A stretch of DNA of 63,722 nucleotides, counting the filler, from Lenisia limosa (lineage: Eukaryota; Protista; Breviatea), in NCBI GenBank assembly GCA_001655205.1. It is 11 parts of 11 records of this genome, joined end to end, with 100 filler letters (N's around TTAATTAATTAA, not from the genome) between each part and the next. Parts side by side here need not be neighbours in the genome. Positions count along the whole stretch, not along the records: positions 61,935 to 63,722 come from LPNZ01007730.1; 10 more parts are not named here. One strand, written 5' to 3'. The notes below the pieces were generated by a model. The model had not been told where the DNA came from. It saw only the letters and a list, made by a program, of their open reading frames with translations, and did no database searches. Shown piece after piece: positions 63,625-63,722 of the stretch. Numbering within the stretch: the first letter of the stretch is position 1; each line of letters begins with the position of its first letter. Position numbers and translations under genes: made by a program.

Positions 63625-63717
63625 CCCTTGACGTTAATCGGCTGGGGGACTTTAACTTATCGGAAACCCCCAAGAACCGAAGTTAAGCCCCCCCCCCCAC
63701 CCGATTAACGTCAAGGG
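63625..63717. mobile_element. 93-bp hairpin element with perfect 17-bp terminal inverted repeat
   Basis: CCCTTGACGTTAATCGG (63625-63641) / CCGATTAACGTCAAGGG (63701-63717), with a second imperfect inner IR. Confidence 0.7.
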
Positions 63718-63722
63718 TATTA

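Noticed and set aside
1-63722. rRNA, tRNA, CRISPR-cas or viral hallmark genes (capsid, pPolB, packaging ATPase)
   Set aside because: None recognised.

Overview
Intron-rich eukaryotic (protist-like) draft scaffold, standard genetic code, mostly GT-AG introns of roughly 60-200 nt. Ten 100-nt spacers (44 N + TTAATTAATTAA + 44 N) are artificial contig joins, so gene adjacency across them is not evidence. I reconstructed genes by hand from exons, so boundaries are approximate. Recognisable genes: a >18 kb minus-strand polytopic membrane protein with a TmcB-like N-terminus ending in a class III adenylate/guanylate cyclase; calpain-7/PalB; WDPCP/Fritz; a PTEN-like pseudophosphatase with C2 domain; the last exon of aspartyl-tRNA synthetase; a NIPA Mg2+ transporter; and a Cys-rich/filamin-repeat surface protein. 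Several partial unknown genes, a YqaJ nuclease remnant and possible RT and Tc1 remnants are also present. Introns are densely populated by at least 7 families of short inverted-repeat (MITE-like) elements. The most unusual signal is the AT-rich NIPA gene, whose homology is best restored by removing three 22-24 nt GT...TG mini-introns. The organism is not identified; WDPCP suggests a flagellated lineage.
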